Notes: generated by a model from the sequence alone, not told the origin. DNA of 64,000 nt from Oscillospiraceae bacterium (GCA_902801295.1 CADCHN010000021.1:13-64012), one strand, 5' to 3'. Counted from the first letter of the stretch, positions 1 to 9,031 are shown. Made by a program: numbers and translations.

Positions 1-340
1 ATCTTGAAAAGTCCCTTTTTCCAGGGGGGCTTGGTTTTGTGCGCCTTTTTTCGGTGTGGTACTCAGATTACAATGTTTCAACCTTGTCTCCTCCTGTGTG
101 TCGTTTTTCCGGGTTATGATAATCTTATTATATCGGGTATATGTGCTGTTTTCAACCAGAAATCTCCAAGATGCAGCAAGCTGCCGCATTTCTGCGACAG
201 CTTGCCATTTCGCTCCGCGTAGGGAGCGATCCCCAGATCGCTCCGCAGTTTCCGACAAGGTGCATAGTCTGCGAAGGCATCAAGGGATGCCTCCCTACGC
301 GTTTGCTTCACGAATGACCCCTGCGAGCAAGGGGAAGGCT

Positions 341-1852
341 TTACAGCTCCAGATCCTCCAGCTCGGCGATGATCTCCTTCTGCCGCTCGTAGAAGAGCAG
401 CTCCTTGTTGTGGGCGAAGTACTCCTTGCAGCCGTAGCGGGAGATGAAGCGGGCACCGTAGTAGCTGAAGGTCAGCTCCGTGACCAGGATGACCATCTCC
501 TGCCCCTCTTCAAAGACGTCCTCACAGAATTTGAACATGTTGGAGAGCTTCTTGCCCGCTTCCTCGGCGTGCTTTTTCAGCGCCTTGGTGCGCTTGTCGA
601 AATCGGCTTTCAGCAGGGCAAAGGCGGCGCTGCCGTTCTCCGGTGGCTCGCGGGTCAGAAGCGCCCGCTCGGCCTCCAGCGCGGCGATCACGCTCTGCTG
701 GGCAAACTGATCGTCGGCCGACAGAGAGCCGGATTTCCGCCCGCTCTCCAGGGTCTTCTGCCGCTGGGCGATCTGTTTATTCAGCGCCGCGTCCGGGTCA
801 GCTCCGGGGCGGGCCAGCTCCAGACGCACGGACTTGAGCGCCGCGAGCAGCTCGGTCTGGGCCTTCTCCTCGTTGCAGACCTCCCGCAGCTCGCCTGTCA
901 CCGCGTCCAGCAGCAGGCCCAGCAGGCTCAACCGCTCGTCAAAGCGGGCGGCGCGGGCGCGGCCCTTGATGACCTCCACCGGCTCCCCGGCGAGGATCCT
1001 GTCGATCTGGTAATCCGAGCGGTATTTGTTGAAGAGGTCGTAGTACACGGCGAAGTCCTTGGCGATCCTGCGGTTCTGCAGGTACTGCCCAACCAGGCTC
1101 TCGTCCACCTGGATGCTGTTCTGCTCGAATAGGCGGATCATATCGCTCAAATCCGACCAGCCGCGGGCAGTGACGAAGCTCTTGCCGTCCACCGTGGTCT
1201 CAATCTTATAGAAGTCCGCCTTCTTGATGTCCAGGTAAGTCATGATGGCCGGGTGCACGCCGGAGCGATAGGCATACTCCTTCCACACGTCGAAGTCCGG
1301 CTCCACGTCGATGCGCTTGAGGCGGTCCCAGGTGACGATGTCGAAGTCGCGCACGGAGTTGTTGTACTCGGGCGGGTTGCCTGCCGTGACCACGATCCAG
1401 CCCTCCGGCACCCGGTGGCGGCCGAAGATCTTATACTGCAGGAACTGCAGCATGGAGGGGGCCAGGGTCTCGGAGACGCAGTTGATCTCGTCCAGGAAGA
1501 GGATGCCCTCTTTGAGCCCAGTGGCCTCGGTCATGTCGTAGCAGGCGGCGATGATCTCCGACATGGTGTATTCCGAGACGCTGTATTCCTGCCCGCCGTA
1601 GATTTTGGTCTCGATGAAGGGCAGGCCCAGCGCCGACTGGCGGGTGTGGTGGGTCATGGAATAGCTCACCAGCGCCACGCCCAGCTCCTGGGCGATCTGC
1701 TCCATGATGGCGGTCTTGCCGATGCCCGGAGGTCCCATGAGAAAGATCGGCCGCTGCTTTTCAATGGGGATCACGTAGTTCCCGAACTTGTCCTTGGTGA
1801 AATACGCCGTCATGGCGTGCTTGATCTGTTCCTTGGCTTGTTTGATGTTCAT
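341..1852 (-). CDS. MoxR-like AAA+ ATPase (AAA_5 type) with long C-terminal coiled-coil extension
   Basis: 503-aa ORF. Walker A FLMGPPGIGKT, Walker B ILFLDEINC, sensor-like VVTAGNPPEYN. Last gene of a tight 4-gene minus-strand operon, with a 5-nt gap to the upstream gene. Confidence 0.8.
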   Translation of the reverse strand: MNIKQAKEQIKHAMTAYFTKDKFGNYVIPIEKQRPIFLMGPPGIGKTAIMEQIAQELGVALVSYSMTHHTRQSALGLPFIETKIYGGQEYSVSEYTMSEIIAACYDMTEATGLKEGILFLDEINCVSETLAPSMLQFLQYKIFGRHRVPEGWIVVTAGNPPEYNNSVRDFDIVTWDRLKRIDVEPDFDVWKEYAYRSGVHPAIMTYLDIKKADFYKIETTVDGKSFVTARGWSDLSDMIRLFEQNSIQVDESLVGQYLQNRRIAKDFAVYYDLFNKYRSDYQIDRILAGEPVEVIKGRARAARFDERLSLLGLLLDAVTGELREVCNEEKAQTELLAALKSVRLELARPGADPDAALNKQIAQRQKTLESGRKSGSLSADDQFAQQSVIAALEAERALLTREPPENGSAAFALLKADFDKRTKALKKHAEEAGKKLSNMFKFCEDVFEEGQEMVILVTELTFSYYGARFISRYGCKEYFAHNKELLFYERQKEIIAELEDLEL

Positions 1853-1857
1853 GGCTC

Positions 1858-2763
1858 TTACCCCATCCGCTTTCTGATCTCATCCAAGGCGATCCGATAA
1901 AAATCCGGATAGTTTTCCACCTCGCATGGAATGATTTCGATCCCATAGGCACGCATAAGCAGCGCCTGCTCGGGAGCCACGCCGCGGGTATAGAAGAAGG
2001 TCTTGCTGTCCGGAAAGTTCCGCTGCTTGCAGCAGGCGAGCCACCAAAGCTCAAACTCCGCCGGATCCATCCCAAATCCGAGGATATGGACGTCCCCCAT
2101 CAGGAAGTAGTCGACCCAGCTTCTCGGCAGATAAGCTTTCCCCTGGGATTCGGCTGCTTTGTATCTGGCCATCATGCCGCCCACATAGCGCTGGATCTGT
2201 GCGAGGAGCTTGCCGTAATAGTAATGGCCGATCACGATAGAGCTGGGCTTATAGGCCAGTCCATGAATATGCCAAATGTACCTTTCGTCATCCCGATGCG
2301 GCAGCTTCGTAAAGCGGTGGAGCATCATGTCGTTGCTTCGGTCGAGCTTGTCCACAGTGTAGTATGTACTTCTGCCCGCGCGACCCCGGGAATAACTGGA
2401 CTCCAGCGTCTGCTCCAGCTCATAGGTGTAATTGGTCGTGAGGATCTGCGTTGCGGGAAGGTCAAGGATCTCCTGCAAAAACGCTTTTTTATCCTCCGTC
2501 AGTTTCGCCTGCAGCAGCTTTTCCGATAGGCGTGGCATTTGGCTGTCGATATGGTTGCCTGACACCGCCACGATCTGCATCGTGGCCGGAAGCCTCTCAA
2601 GCTCCGACTGTTCGCAGGTGATCCCGCTCTCCCGGGAGAAATCCGCAATGATCGTCTTCCAGGGCGTTCCCTCGAACAGTTGATTGACGCCGTTGCCCAG
2701 CAACAGAACGGGCGGACGACTGCCCGGGACAAGGGAGGGCAACTCCGAATTCATGTTTTGCAT
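1858..2763 (-). CDS. SIR2-like (SIR2_2 / defence-type sirtuin fold) domain protein
   Basis: 301 aa. N-terminal VLLLGNGVN (Rossmann glycine loop), ILTTNYTYELE (TTNYD-like motif), IWHIHG (catalytic His context), VHILGFGMDPAEFELWWL (GxSxxD-like strand). AGGAG RBS upstream of the ATG at 2763. Confidence 0.6.
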   Translation of the reverse strand: MQNMNSELPSLVPGSRPPVLLLGNGVNQLFEGTPWKTIIADFSRESGITCEQSELERLPATMQIVAVSGNHIDSQMPRLSEKLLQAKLTEDKKAFLQEILDLPATQILTTNYTYELEQTLESSYSRGRAGRSTYYTVDKLDRSNDMMLHRFTKLPHRDDERYIWHIHGLAYKPSSIVIGHYYYGKLLAQIQRYVGGMMARYKAAESQGKAYLPRSWVDYFLMGDVHILGFGMDPAEFELWWLACCKQRNFPDSKTFFYTRGVAPEQALLMRAYGIEIIPCEVENYPDFYRIALDEIRKRMG

Positions 2764-2778
2764 CTCTGTTTCTCCTGT

Positions 2779-4959
2779 TTACTCCGCCACGAAGGGAATG
2801 TTATTCTCTTTGGCGTACTGCTCGGCATAAGAACCCGCCGGAGCGTGGATGGTGAGCTTGGGGCAGTGCGAAAACGCCTCGCTGCCGATACTCGTCACAC
2901 TCGCCGGAATCGTCATCCTCGTAAGGCCGCTGCAGCCGCAGAACGCCTCACCGCCGATAGTCGCCAAACTCACCGGAAGCGTTATACTCGTCAGGCTGCT
3001 GCACCAGGAAAATGCCTTGTATTCGATCCGTGACACGCGTTCAGGGATCGTCACATCTGTCAATTTGAAGCATTCATAGAACGCCCATCCACCAATTTCT
3101 GTTAAGGTCTGAGGCAGCGACGCGCTTGTGAGGCTTCCGCAGTGGGAGAACGCCATGTCCCCGATCATGATCACGCCCTCGGGGATTATCACCCTTGTGA
3201 GGCCGCTGTATTTGTAAAACGCCTTTTCGCCGATCTCTGTTATCGCATCGGGGATGATGACCTCTGTCGCTGTCCCGCAATATTTCTGAAGCTTCGACCC
3301 ATGTATGTCAAATACCCTTCCGGCCAGTTCGTTGAAGCGGCGCTCTTCGATGATCTCGATGCCGAGCTCCTGTGCTTTGCTGGCCTTGGCCGTGTCGGAT
3401 TTCCGGTCGTTCATAATCAGATAATCCACTTTGGACGTAAGAGAAGATGTGAGCTTAGCGCCTTTTTCCAAAAGGAAGGCTTTTAGCGCATCTCTGTTAT
3501 CAAACGTCTCGAGTCTGCTGGTTACGGCGATGTTGAGCCCTTCGATCCCCTCTTGATCCTGGCGGGCAATAGTACGGTCAATGATCGTATCCTGTTCCTT
3601 CTCTTTTCGTTTCTCCAAGTTCTCTTTTTGTTTTGTGCTGATCTTGTTGGCTTGATAGTCCAACATCATGGCAATCAACTCCGCGTTTCCGGTTTTCTGC
3701 GAAGCATTTACATAGAGCTCCATGTTTTTCGGCGTTATCAGCTTTTCCCTGCACATCAGCGACAGCAACGCGGGGTGCTCCATCGCGAGGCTCACAAGTT
3801 TTGCGGCGTTGGTTTTGATGTATTTGGCGTGAACCTCATATTCTGGCGTCTCCCTTGTTCCTCCGTTTTCCGCAAAACCGACAACGGCGTTGGGACGCAG
3901 AGGGGCTGGAAGCCTGGAAATATCCCGGATCAAAAGCGCTGTCTCCCGGTCAAACGCATCCATCCCGATCGTCGACACACTGTCCGGGATTCTCACCTTC
4001 GTTAGACCGCCGCACATGGAGAAAGCACATTGGCCGATCTCCGTCACGTTCTCCGGGATCGTCACGCTCGCGAGGCTCTTGCAGCCGTAGAACGCCGAGC
4101 CGCCGATGCTCGTCACACTGTCCGGGATCGTCACGCTCGTCAGCCCGCTGCAGCCGTAGAACGCCTCGTCGCCGATGCTCGTCACGCTGTCCGGGATCGT
4201 CACGCTTATCAGATTGCTGCACCAACTAAATGCTCTGTTCCCGATTCTTGTCACCCCTTCGGGAATGACAACGTCTCCGCCGGGGCCGTCATATTGAAGC
4301 CCACCGTTCTCGATCGCGAAAAAGCTCCGGTTCAGCAGCGCCAGGGCTTTTTCAGACCCCTTGAACTGAACAGGACCGCAGTTCCAAAAAGCCCGACTGC
4401 CAATGAGCTCCACGCTCTCCGGGAGCACTACACTTTTAAGGCTCTTGCAGTTGCTGAGCGCGTGGCTGCCGATTATCTTTACACTGGCCGGGATCGTCAC
4501 ACTCGTAAGGCTCTCGCAGTTGCTGAACGTACGGCTTCCGATTTCCGTTACGCTCTCGGGGATAACCAGATTTGTAATCAGCCCATTATCTATATAGAGG
4601 TTTCTGGCGCGGGAAAGGGGGTTGCTGTTTTCATCTGCATATTTGATCTGACACCAGGCAGCCAGATCCTGGATGGTCACCGCTGTCAGACTGCTGCATC
4701 CATAAAATGCCATCGTGCCGATGCTGGTCACGCTATCAGGAATGGTCACGCTCGTGAGATACATGCACTTGTAAAACGCATACTCGCCGATACTCGTCAC
4801 GCCCGTCAAGATCGTTACGCTTTTCAGCCCTATGCTGCTTCTGTAGAAAGCCTTGTCGCCAATGCTCGTCACGCCCTCCGGGATGATCACATCCCCGCCG
4901 GGACCGGTATATTTCTTCAAAACACCATTCTCAATAATGAAATCGCTCGCGCTGCTCAT
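2779..4959 (-). CDS. Cytoplasmic BspA-type leucine-rich-repeat (LRR_5) protein with a central BRCT domain
   Basis: Start taken at MSSASDFIIENG (ATG 4959, AGGAGG RBS). The longer track ORF to 5166 overlaps the upstream gene. Many repeats of the form xVTIPxSVTSIGxxAFxxCxSL on both sides of a BRCT-like segment (about nt 3320-3540: NIAVTSRLETF..KVDYLIMNDRKSDTAKASKAQELGIEIIEERRFNEL). No signal peptide. Confidence 0.75.
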   Translation of the reverse strand: MSSASDFIIENGVLKKYTGPGGDVIIPEGVTSIGDKAFYRSSIGLKSVTILTGVTSIGEYAFYKCMYLTSVTIPDSVTSIGTMAFYGCSSLTAVTIQDLAAWCQIKYADENSNPLSRARNLYIDNGLITNLVIPESVTEIGSRTFSNCESLTSVTIPASVKIIGSHALSNCKSLKSVVLPESVELIGSRAFWNCGPVQFKGSEKALALLNRSFFAIENGGLQYDGPGGDVVIPEGVTRIGNRAFSWCSNLISVTIPDSVTSIGDEAFYGCSGLTSVTIPDSVTSIGGSAFYGCKSLASVTIPENVTEIGQCAFSMCGGLTKVRIPDSVSTIGMDAFDRETALLIRDISRLPAPLRPNAVVGFAENGGTRETPEYEVHAKYIKTNAAKLVSLAMEHPALLSLMCREKLITPKNMELYVNASQKTGNAELIAMMLDYQANKISTKQKENLEKRKEKEQDTIIDRTIARQDQEGIEGLNIAVTSRLETFDNRDALKAFLLEKGAKLTSSLTSKVDYLIMNDRKSDTAKASKAQELGIEIIEERRFNELAGRVFDIHGSKLQKYCGTATEVIIPDAITEIGEKAFYKYSGLTRVIIPEGVIMIGDMAFSHCGSLTSASLPQTLTEIGGWAFYECFKLTDVTIPERVSRIEYKAFSWCSSLTSITLPVSLATIGGEAFCGCSGLTRMTIPASVTSIGSEAFSHCPKLTIHAPAGSYAEQYAKENNIPFVAE

Positions 4960-4972
4960 GTGTTTTTCCTCC

Positions 4973-6355
4973 TTATATTTCTTCCTTCTGCAATACCAGT
5001 TTGATCGCCCAGGGCGGCACGTCGTAGTTGTTCTGCCCGTCGTCCACGAAGACGAAGGCGGTCTCATAGTCCGGCTTTTTCGCCGGGAAAGTGCCGAAGC
5101 CGTCGGTGAAGTAGATGAGGCCTTTGAGATTTTGAAACTCCTTTTTCTCCCGCAGCCAGTCCACATAGGAGAACACCGGGCGGAAGTCTGTGCCGCCGAG
5201 ACCGTGGATCGTCATGTTCTTGAGGTAGGCGTCAAATTCCTCTTGCGAGGTGATCTTCGCGTCCTCCTGGATGGTTGCATCGCACTGAATGATGTGTACG
5301 TTGATCTTTGAGAAAAAGCTCTCGGTGCTTTTGAGGATGTTGTAAGTCTTTTGCAGGAAGGTCTGCACCTGCTCGCCCGCCACGGAGCCGGAGGTGTCGA
5401 TGGCGATCACGAACTCCCGGATACGCTTGACCTCCTTGTATTCCAGCGGCTCAATGAGCGGCATTTTTCTGTAGAGCTTCAGTCCGTAGGTGTAGTAGAC
5501 GTAGTCGAATTCCTCGTCGTTGATCTTCATGGCCTCGCCGCGAACGGCGAACTTTTTGAGGAAGGCCGTGTAGTCGTACTTCTCCCGGTTGACCTCCCGC
5601 AGGTTCTGCATCAGATTCCCGGCCCGGTCGCCCTGTTGCTTGGAAAAGGTCTCCATGTCCATCTGCATCTGGCGGGAGATCTCCGACCAGCGCGCCTCGG
5701 CAGCCGAGACGCCGAAGGGCAGAGAAGTGCCTTCCCCCTCTCCGTCGCCATCGCCCTCGCCGGGCTCCACCGAAACACTGACGGAAACCGGTCTGCCCAG
5801 TGCCAGCGCCCGCTCCGCCTCGCTCATGTACCAGAGACGGTGATCGTCGTTGTAAAACGCGCCGCGCAGCTCCGCGATTTTCTCCGGCGGCAGCTGCTTG
5901 TCCAGATAATAGCGGTAAATCTTCTCGGCGGTGAGCTGCTTGATCTCCTTCTGGAGCTCGGAATACACGCTCTTTTGCAGCAGCTCGCGCCGGGTGGTGG
6001 CCGCCTTGAGGCCGAGCCCCGCGATCACGTACTCCGCCGCGATGTCGCAGGCCAAATCCCAGACGTGGTGATCCACCAGCGTGTGCACAAACATGTGCCG
6101 GAACACGCCGTGCAGCACCATGTGGAGATAGGCGCGCGTGACCGCCTCCCGCTCGTCCCTGTACAGGCGCAGGACGTGGGCGGGATCGTAGGCCAGCGCC
6201 TCGCCGTCCGTGGCGAGGGTCAGGCCCTCCACAGCCAGCGGCTCGAGCTGATTGAGCGCCGCGTCCAGAAAGCGCAGATTCACCAGCAGCGTGTTGCGGC
6301 TCAGCCGCAGCACGTCGAGCGCCAGTTTATTTCGTTTTGAAACTTGTTCGTCCAT
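4973..6355 (-). CDS. vWA-like domain protein with N-terminal putative metallopeptidase domain (DUF2201 family)
   Basis: Start at MDEQVSKRN (ATG 6355). N-terminal YLHMVLHGVFRHMF region typical of DUF2201_N. C-terminal vWA/MIDAS-like FVIAIDTSGSV. First gene of the operon that ends with the MoxR ATPase. Confidence 0.75.
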   Translation of the reverse strand: MDEQVSKRNKLALDVLRLSRNTLLVNLRFLDAALNQLEPLAVEGLTLATDGEALAYDPAHVLRLYRDEREAVTRAYLHMVLHGVFRHMFVHTLVDHHVWDLACDIAAEYVIAGLGLKAATTRRELLQKSVYSELQKEIKQLTAEKIYRYYLDKQLPPEKIAELRGAFYNDDHRLWYMSEAERALALGRPVSVSVSVEPGEGDGDGEGEGTSLPFGVSAAEARWSEISRQMQMDMETFSKQQGDRAGNLMQNLREVNREKYDYTAFLKKFAVRGEAMKINDEEFDYVYYTYGLKLYRKMPLIEPLEYKEVKRIREFVIAIDTSGSVAGEQVQTFLQKTYNILKSTESFFSKINVHIIQCDATIQEDAKITSQEEFDAYLKNMTIHGLGGTDFRPVFSYVDWLREKKEFQNLKGLIYFTDGFGTFPAKKPDYETAFVFVDDGQNNYDVPPWAIKLVLQKEEI

Positions 6356-6489
6356 GTCGTTTTTCTGTGTAGGGGCTGCCGCCCTCGGCAGCCCGCATGA
6401 TCCCTTATGTGCGCACCGCGGAGGCACGAGGGCATGCCGCCCTTGTATAATGCAGTGAGGCCGAAGAAGAGGTATACTAGAGTACACGC

Positions 6490-7860
6490 TGTGGATTGGT
6501 TTCCTCCCTTCCGGTTCCGTCAGGAAACTGGTACCCGTAGGCTACAACCACAGTCTTGAATCTGAGAGTTGATGGGTTGGATAACACACGATGTTTCATT
6601 TCAGGCAAGGATACTTCTTTCAAGACCTGTGGCTGACGCAGCGTAATCTGTACAAGGAGTGAATTCCATGTTCTTCGTAGGCATTGACGTCTCTTCCGTG
6701 AAGCATGACTGTTGCATTCTGGATGGCAGTCGAAAAATGATTCGCTCGTTCATGATCCTGAACAGTCGGGAAGGCTTCTCCGCTTTGTCTGCCACGCTCA
6801 TCGAGCTTGCCGCCCCGGAGGATATTAAAATCGGGCTGGAAGCTACCGGCATCTATGGCGACAATCTCGCGCGCTTTCTGAGGCGTAAGGGATTTAATGT
6901 GTGCACCATTAATCCACTGTTATGCAAAAAGCATCAAAGTGCTACCACTCTCAGAAAAACCAAAAACGATCGTTCGGACGCGAAAAACATTGCGCTCATT
7001 GTTGCATCGGAGGACCTTCAGCCCGACCAACCATTATCTTACCATATTGTCGAGCTAAAGTCACTATCCCGCGCAAGATTTCTTACCGTAAAGGACCGTT
7101 CTTCCCTGAAAAACAAGGTTAAACGGCTTGTAACCGTTCTCTTTCCGGAACTGCTTGACGCGTTCACCGACCTGTTTGGCGCCTCGGGCATGGCACTGAT
7201 GACGCGTTATCCTTCGGCTAAGACTCTCGCTGCCTGCAATCTTGACACGCTTACCGAGCTTCTCAGAACCGCCTCCCGCGGTCGCTTCGGCCGGGAGAAA
7301 GCTGAAGCGCTCCGTAAGCTTGCCAAGGAGTCCATCGGCACCTTTTCTGATAGCGCTGTCTTTCAGCTGCGGCTGCTCCTTAAGCGTATTGAGCTTCTTA
7401 ACACTCAGATCGAAATGTATGACGATGAGATCCGTCGCTTGATGGATCAGCTCGACTCTCCGATTCTTTCTCTCCCTGGTATTGGCTATACTCTCGGCGC
7501 TATGATCCTTTCCGAGATCGGCGACATTAAGCGCTTTTCTTCTCCGGCTAAGCTCCTCGCTTTTGCCGGCCTTGAGCCCAGCGTATACCAGTCTGGCAAG
7601 TTCAACCCAGCCTCTGGAAAAATGGTCAAGCGTGGCTCACCTTTCCTTCGCTGGGCCCTTCTACAGGCTGCTACTTACGCCCCTGCTTTCTCCATTACCT
7701 TCGCTGCCTACTACGATAAAAAACGCTTAGAAGGGAAATCTCCCTCTGTTGCTCACTCTCATGTTGCAAAAAAACTCGTTCGTGTTATCTTCGCTCTTCT
7801 CTCCAAAAATGCCTCTTTTATTGACTCTTTTGCTGCTTGACTTTTCATAGTTGGTCTACG
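6490..7860 (+). mobile_element. IS110-family insertion sequence (boundaries approximate)
   Basis: Single DEDD transposase gene preceded by about 170 nt of structured non-coding DNA. No terminal inverted repeats seen, as expected for IS110. Lies between two unrelated minus-strand loci. Confidence 0.6.
6668..7840 (+). CDS. IS110-family transposase (DEDD_Tnp_IS110 + Transposase_20)
   Basis: MFFVGIDVSSVKHDCCILD N-terminus. C-terminal LSLPGIGYTLGAMILSEIGDIKRFSSPAKLLAFAGLEPSVYQSGK..KRGSPFLRWALLQAA. AGGAG RBS 8 nt before the ATG at 6668; the track ORF starts at a GTG at 6659. Confidence 0.9.
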   Translation: MFFVGIDVSSVKHDCCILDGSRKMIRSFMILNSREGFSALSATLIELAAPEDIKIGLEATGIYGDNLARFLRRKGFNVCTINPLLCKKHQSATTLRKTKNDRSDAKNIALIVASEDLQPDQPLSYHIVELKSLSRARFLTVKDRSSLKNKVKRLVTVLFPELLDAFTDLFGASGMALMTRYPSAKTLAACNLDTLTELLRTASRGRFGREKAEALRKLAKESIGTFSDSAVFQLRLLLKRIELLNTQIEMYDDEIRRLMDQLDSPILSLPGIGYTLGAMILSEIGDIKRFSSPAKLLAFAGLEPSVYQSGKFNPASGKMVKRGSPFLRWALLQAATYAPAFSITFAAYYDKKRLEGKSPSVAHSHVAKKLVRVIFALLSKNASFIDSFAA

Positions 7861-7956
7861 GTAAACACTTCTCTTCCTCCGATACCGCGTCACCGGGAAG
7901 CCGCACTCGGGGCAGGGCCAGCTGTCCGTTTTCGTTCCGCATCTCGGGCAAGTCAT
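7759..7956 (-). CDS. Small zinc-ribbon ORF whose 3' part runs into the IS110 right end (possibly truncated or altered by the insertion)
   Basis: MTCPRCGTKTDSWPCPECGFPV (two CxxC pairs) directly downstream of the WYL gene. From about residue 39 the ORF is antisense to the transposase 3' end. Confidence 0.3.
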   Translation of the reverse strand: MTCPRCGTKTDSWPCPECGFPVTRYRRKRSVYRRPTMKSQAAKESIKEAFLERRAKITRTSFFAT

Positions 7957-7968
7957 GTTCTTTTCCTC

Positions 7969-8940
7969 CTATTCCATCGCTTTCTTGACCAGTTCCGCAT
8001 AGGCATCTTTGACGCTTGGGGGGCCGAGGATCTTGATCTTTCCGCCGAACTCGAAGACCCAGGCGAAGAAGGTGGGGCTGACGGAGACCTCGGCGGTGAA
8101 GCTGAAGTGCTCCTCGTCGGCCTTCCTGACCTTGACCTTCTCGCCGAAGTGGTCCAGCACCGTATTCATCATAGTGTTCTCGCACAGCAGCTCCACCTGG
8201 GCGTGCTCGCTGTCGAAGAGCTGGAAAGCCTTTTCCGCGAAGTCCCCGATGCTGTACTGCTTCGGCTTCGGCACGGCCTTGTCCGGCAGGATCGTCGGCA
8301 CCTCGAAGATCCGGTCCACCCGGAAGGTGGCGATCTTCCCGTGCTTGTCCGACCAGCCCACCACGTAGTAAAAATCGCCGTTCCAGGTCAGCGTGTAGGG
8401 GCTGAGGGTGTAGGGCTCTCCGCCGTTTTTGAGCTGGCGGTGCTTCCTGCCGTCGTACTCGAAGTACAAAAAGCGCACCTTGCGCTTTAAATTGATGGCG
8501 TCGTTGAGCGCGTCCATGATGTAATAGATCTGTTCGTTGCCCGCCTTGACCCGGTCGGCAATGCTGATGTTGCGCCGCAGCTGCCCGGCCTCGTTGATAC
8601 TGGCCAGGGTCGTGAGCTTTTCGGTCAGCACGCGGCTCTTTTTCTGGGTAATGAACTTCGAGGACTCCACCGCGTCGATCAGAAGCTTCAGCTCCGGCAG
8701 CTCGAAGAGGCGGCCGGAGAGATAGTACTTGTTCTGGGTGGAGCGGATGGTCTCGATCTCATAGCCCGCCGCGCAGAGCGCGGCGATATCCTTCTGGATC
8801 GTGATGCGGTAGGCCTCCAGCCCCCAGCGCTCCCGCAGGGTGCGCTCGATCTCCACTGTGGAGATGGGGTGGCGCTCGTCGGTCTCGTTTCGCAGTAACT
8901 CCAGGATCCGGAGCATTCTCATCTTGCCGTCGCTTTCCAT
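7969..8940 (-). CDS. WYL-domain transcriptional regulator (HTH-WYL-WCX architecture, BrxR/CapW-like)
   Basis: Start at MESDGKMRMLRILELL (ATG 8940). N-terminal wHTH (RMLRILELLRNETDERHPISTVEI), central WYL-like core (PYTLTWNGDFYYVVGWSDKHGKIATFRVDRI), C-terminal extension. Confidence 0.85.
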   Translation of the reverse strand: MESDGKMRMLRILELLRNETDERHPISTVEIERTLRERWGLEAYRITIQKDIAALCAAGYEIETIRSTQNKYYLSGRLFELPELKLLIDAVESSKFITQKKSRVLTEKLTTLASINEAGQLRRNISIADRVKAGNEQIYYIMDALNDAINLKRKVRFLYFEYDGRKHRQLKNGGEPYTLSPYTLTWNGDFYYVVGWSDKHGKIATFRVDRIFEVPTILPDKAVPKPKQYSIGDFAEKAFQLFDSEHAQVELLCENTMMNTVLDHFGEKVKVRKADEEHFSFTAEVSVSPTFFAWVFEFGGKIKILGPPSVKDAYAELVKKAME

Positions 8941-8968
8941 GGGTGTTCCTCCTTTGTTGTAATGTCCG

Positions 8969-9031
8969 CCGTAGGGGCGCTTCACGAAGCGCCCGTTTTC
9001 TCTCGCGGGCCATTCGTGAATGGCCCCTACG
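8969..9031. repeat. Twin-hairpin palindrome in the WYL gene leader
   Basis: gggcgcttc-ac-gaagcgccc and gggccattc-gt-gaatggccc are each perfect 9-bp hairpins. They are bracketed by cgta...tacg, which makes a larger imperfect dyad. Confidence 0.6.

Noticed and set aside
1-340. Short ORFs (4-222, 114-311) and hairpins downstream of the MoxR gene
   Set aside because: These are 65-72-aa ORFs without RBS or motifs in a region full of REP-like dyads (cgctcc-gcgta-gggagcg etc.). I treat the region as non-coding and 3'-flanking. It is too close to the window edge to interpret.
4960-5166. Upstream extension of the LRR-BRCT ORF (track start at 5166)
   Set aside because: The extension overlaps the 3' end of the vWA gene, is Arg/Ser/Thr-rich junk, and the internal ATG at 4959 has an AGGAGG RBS.
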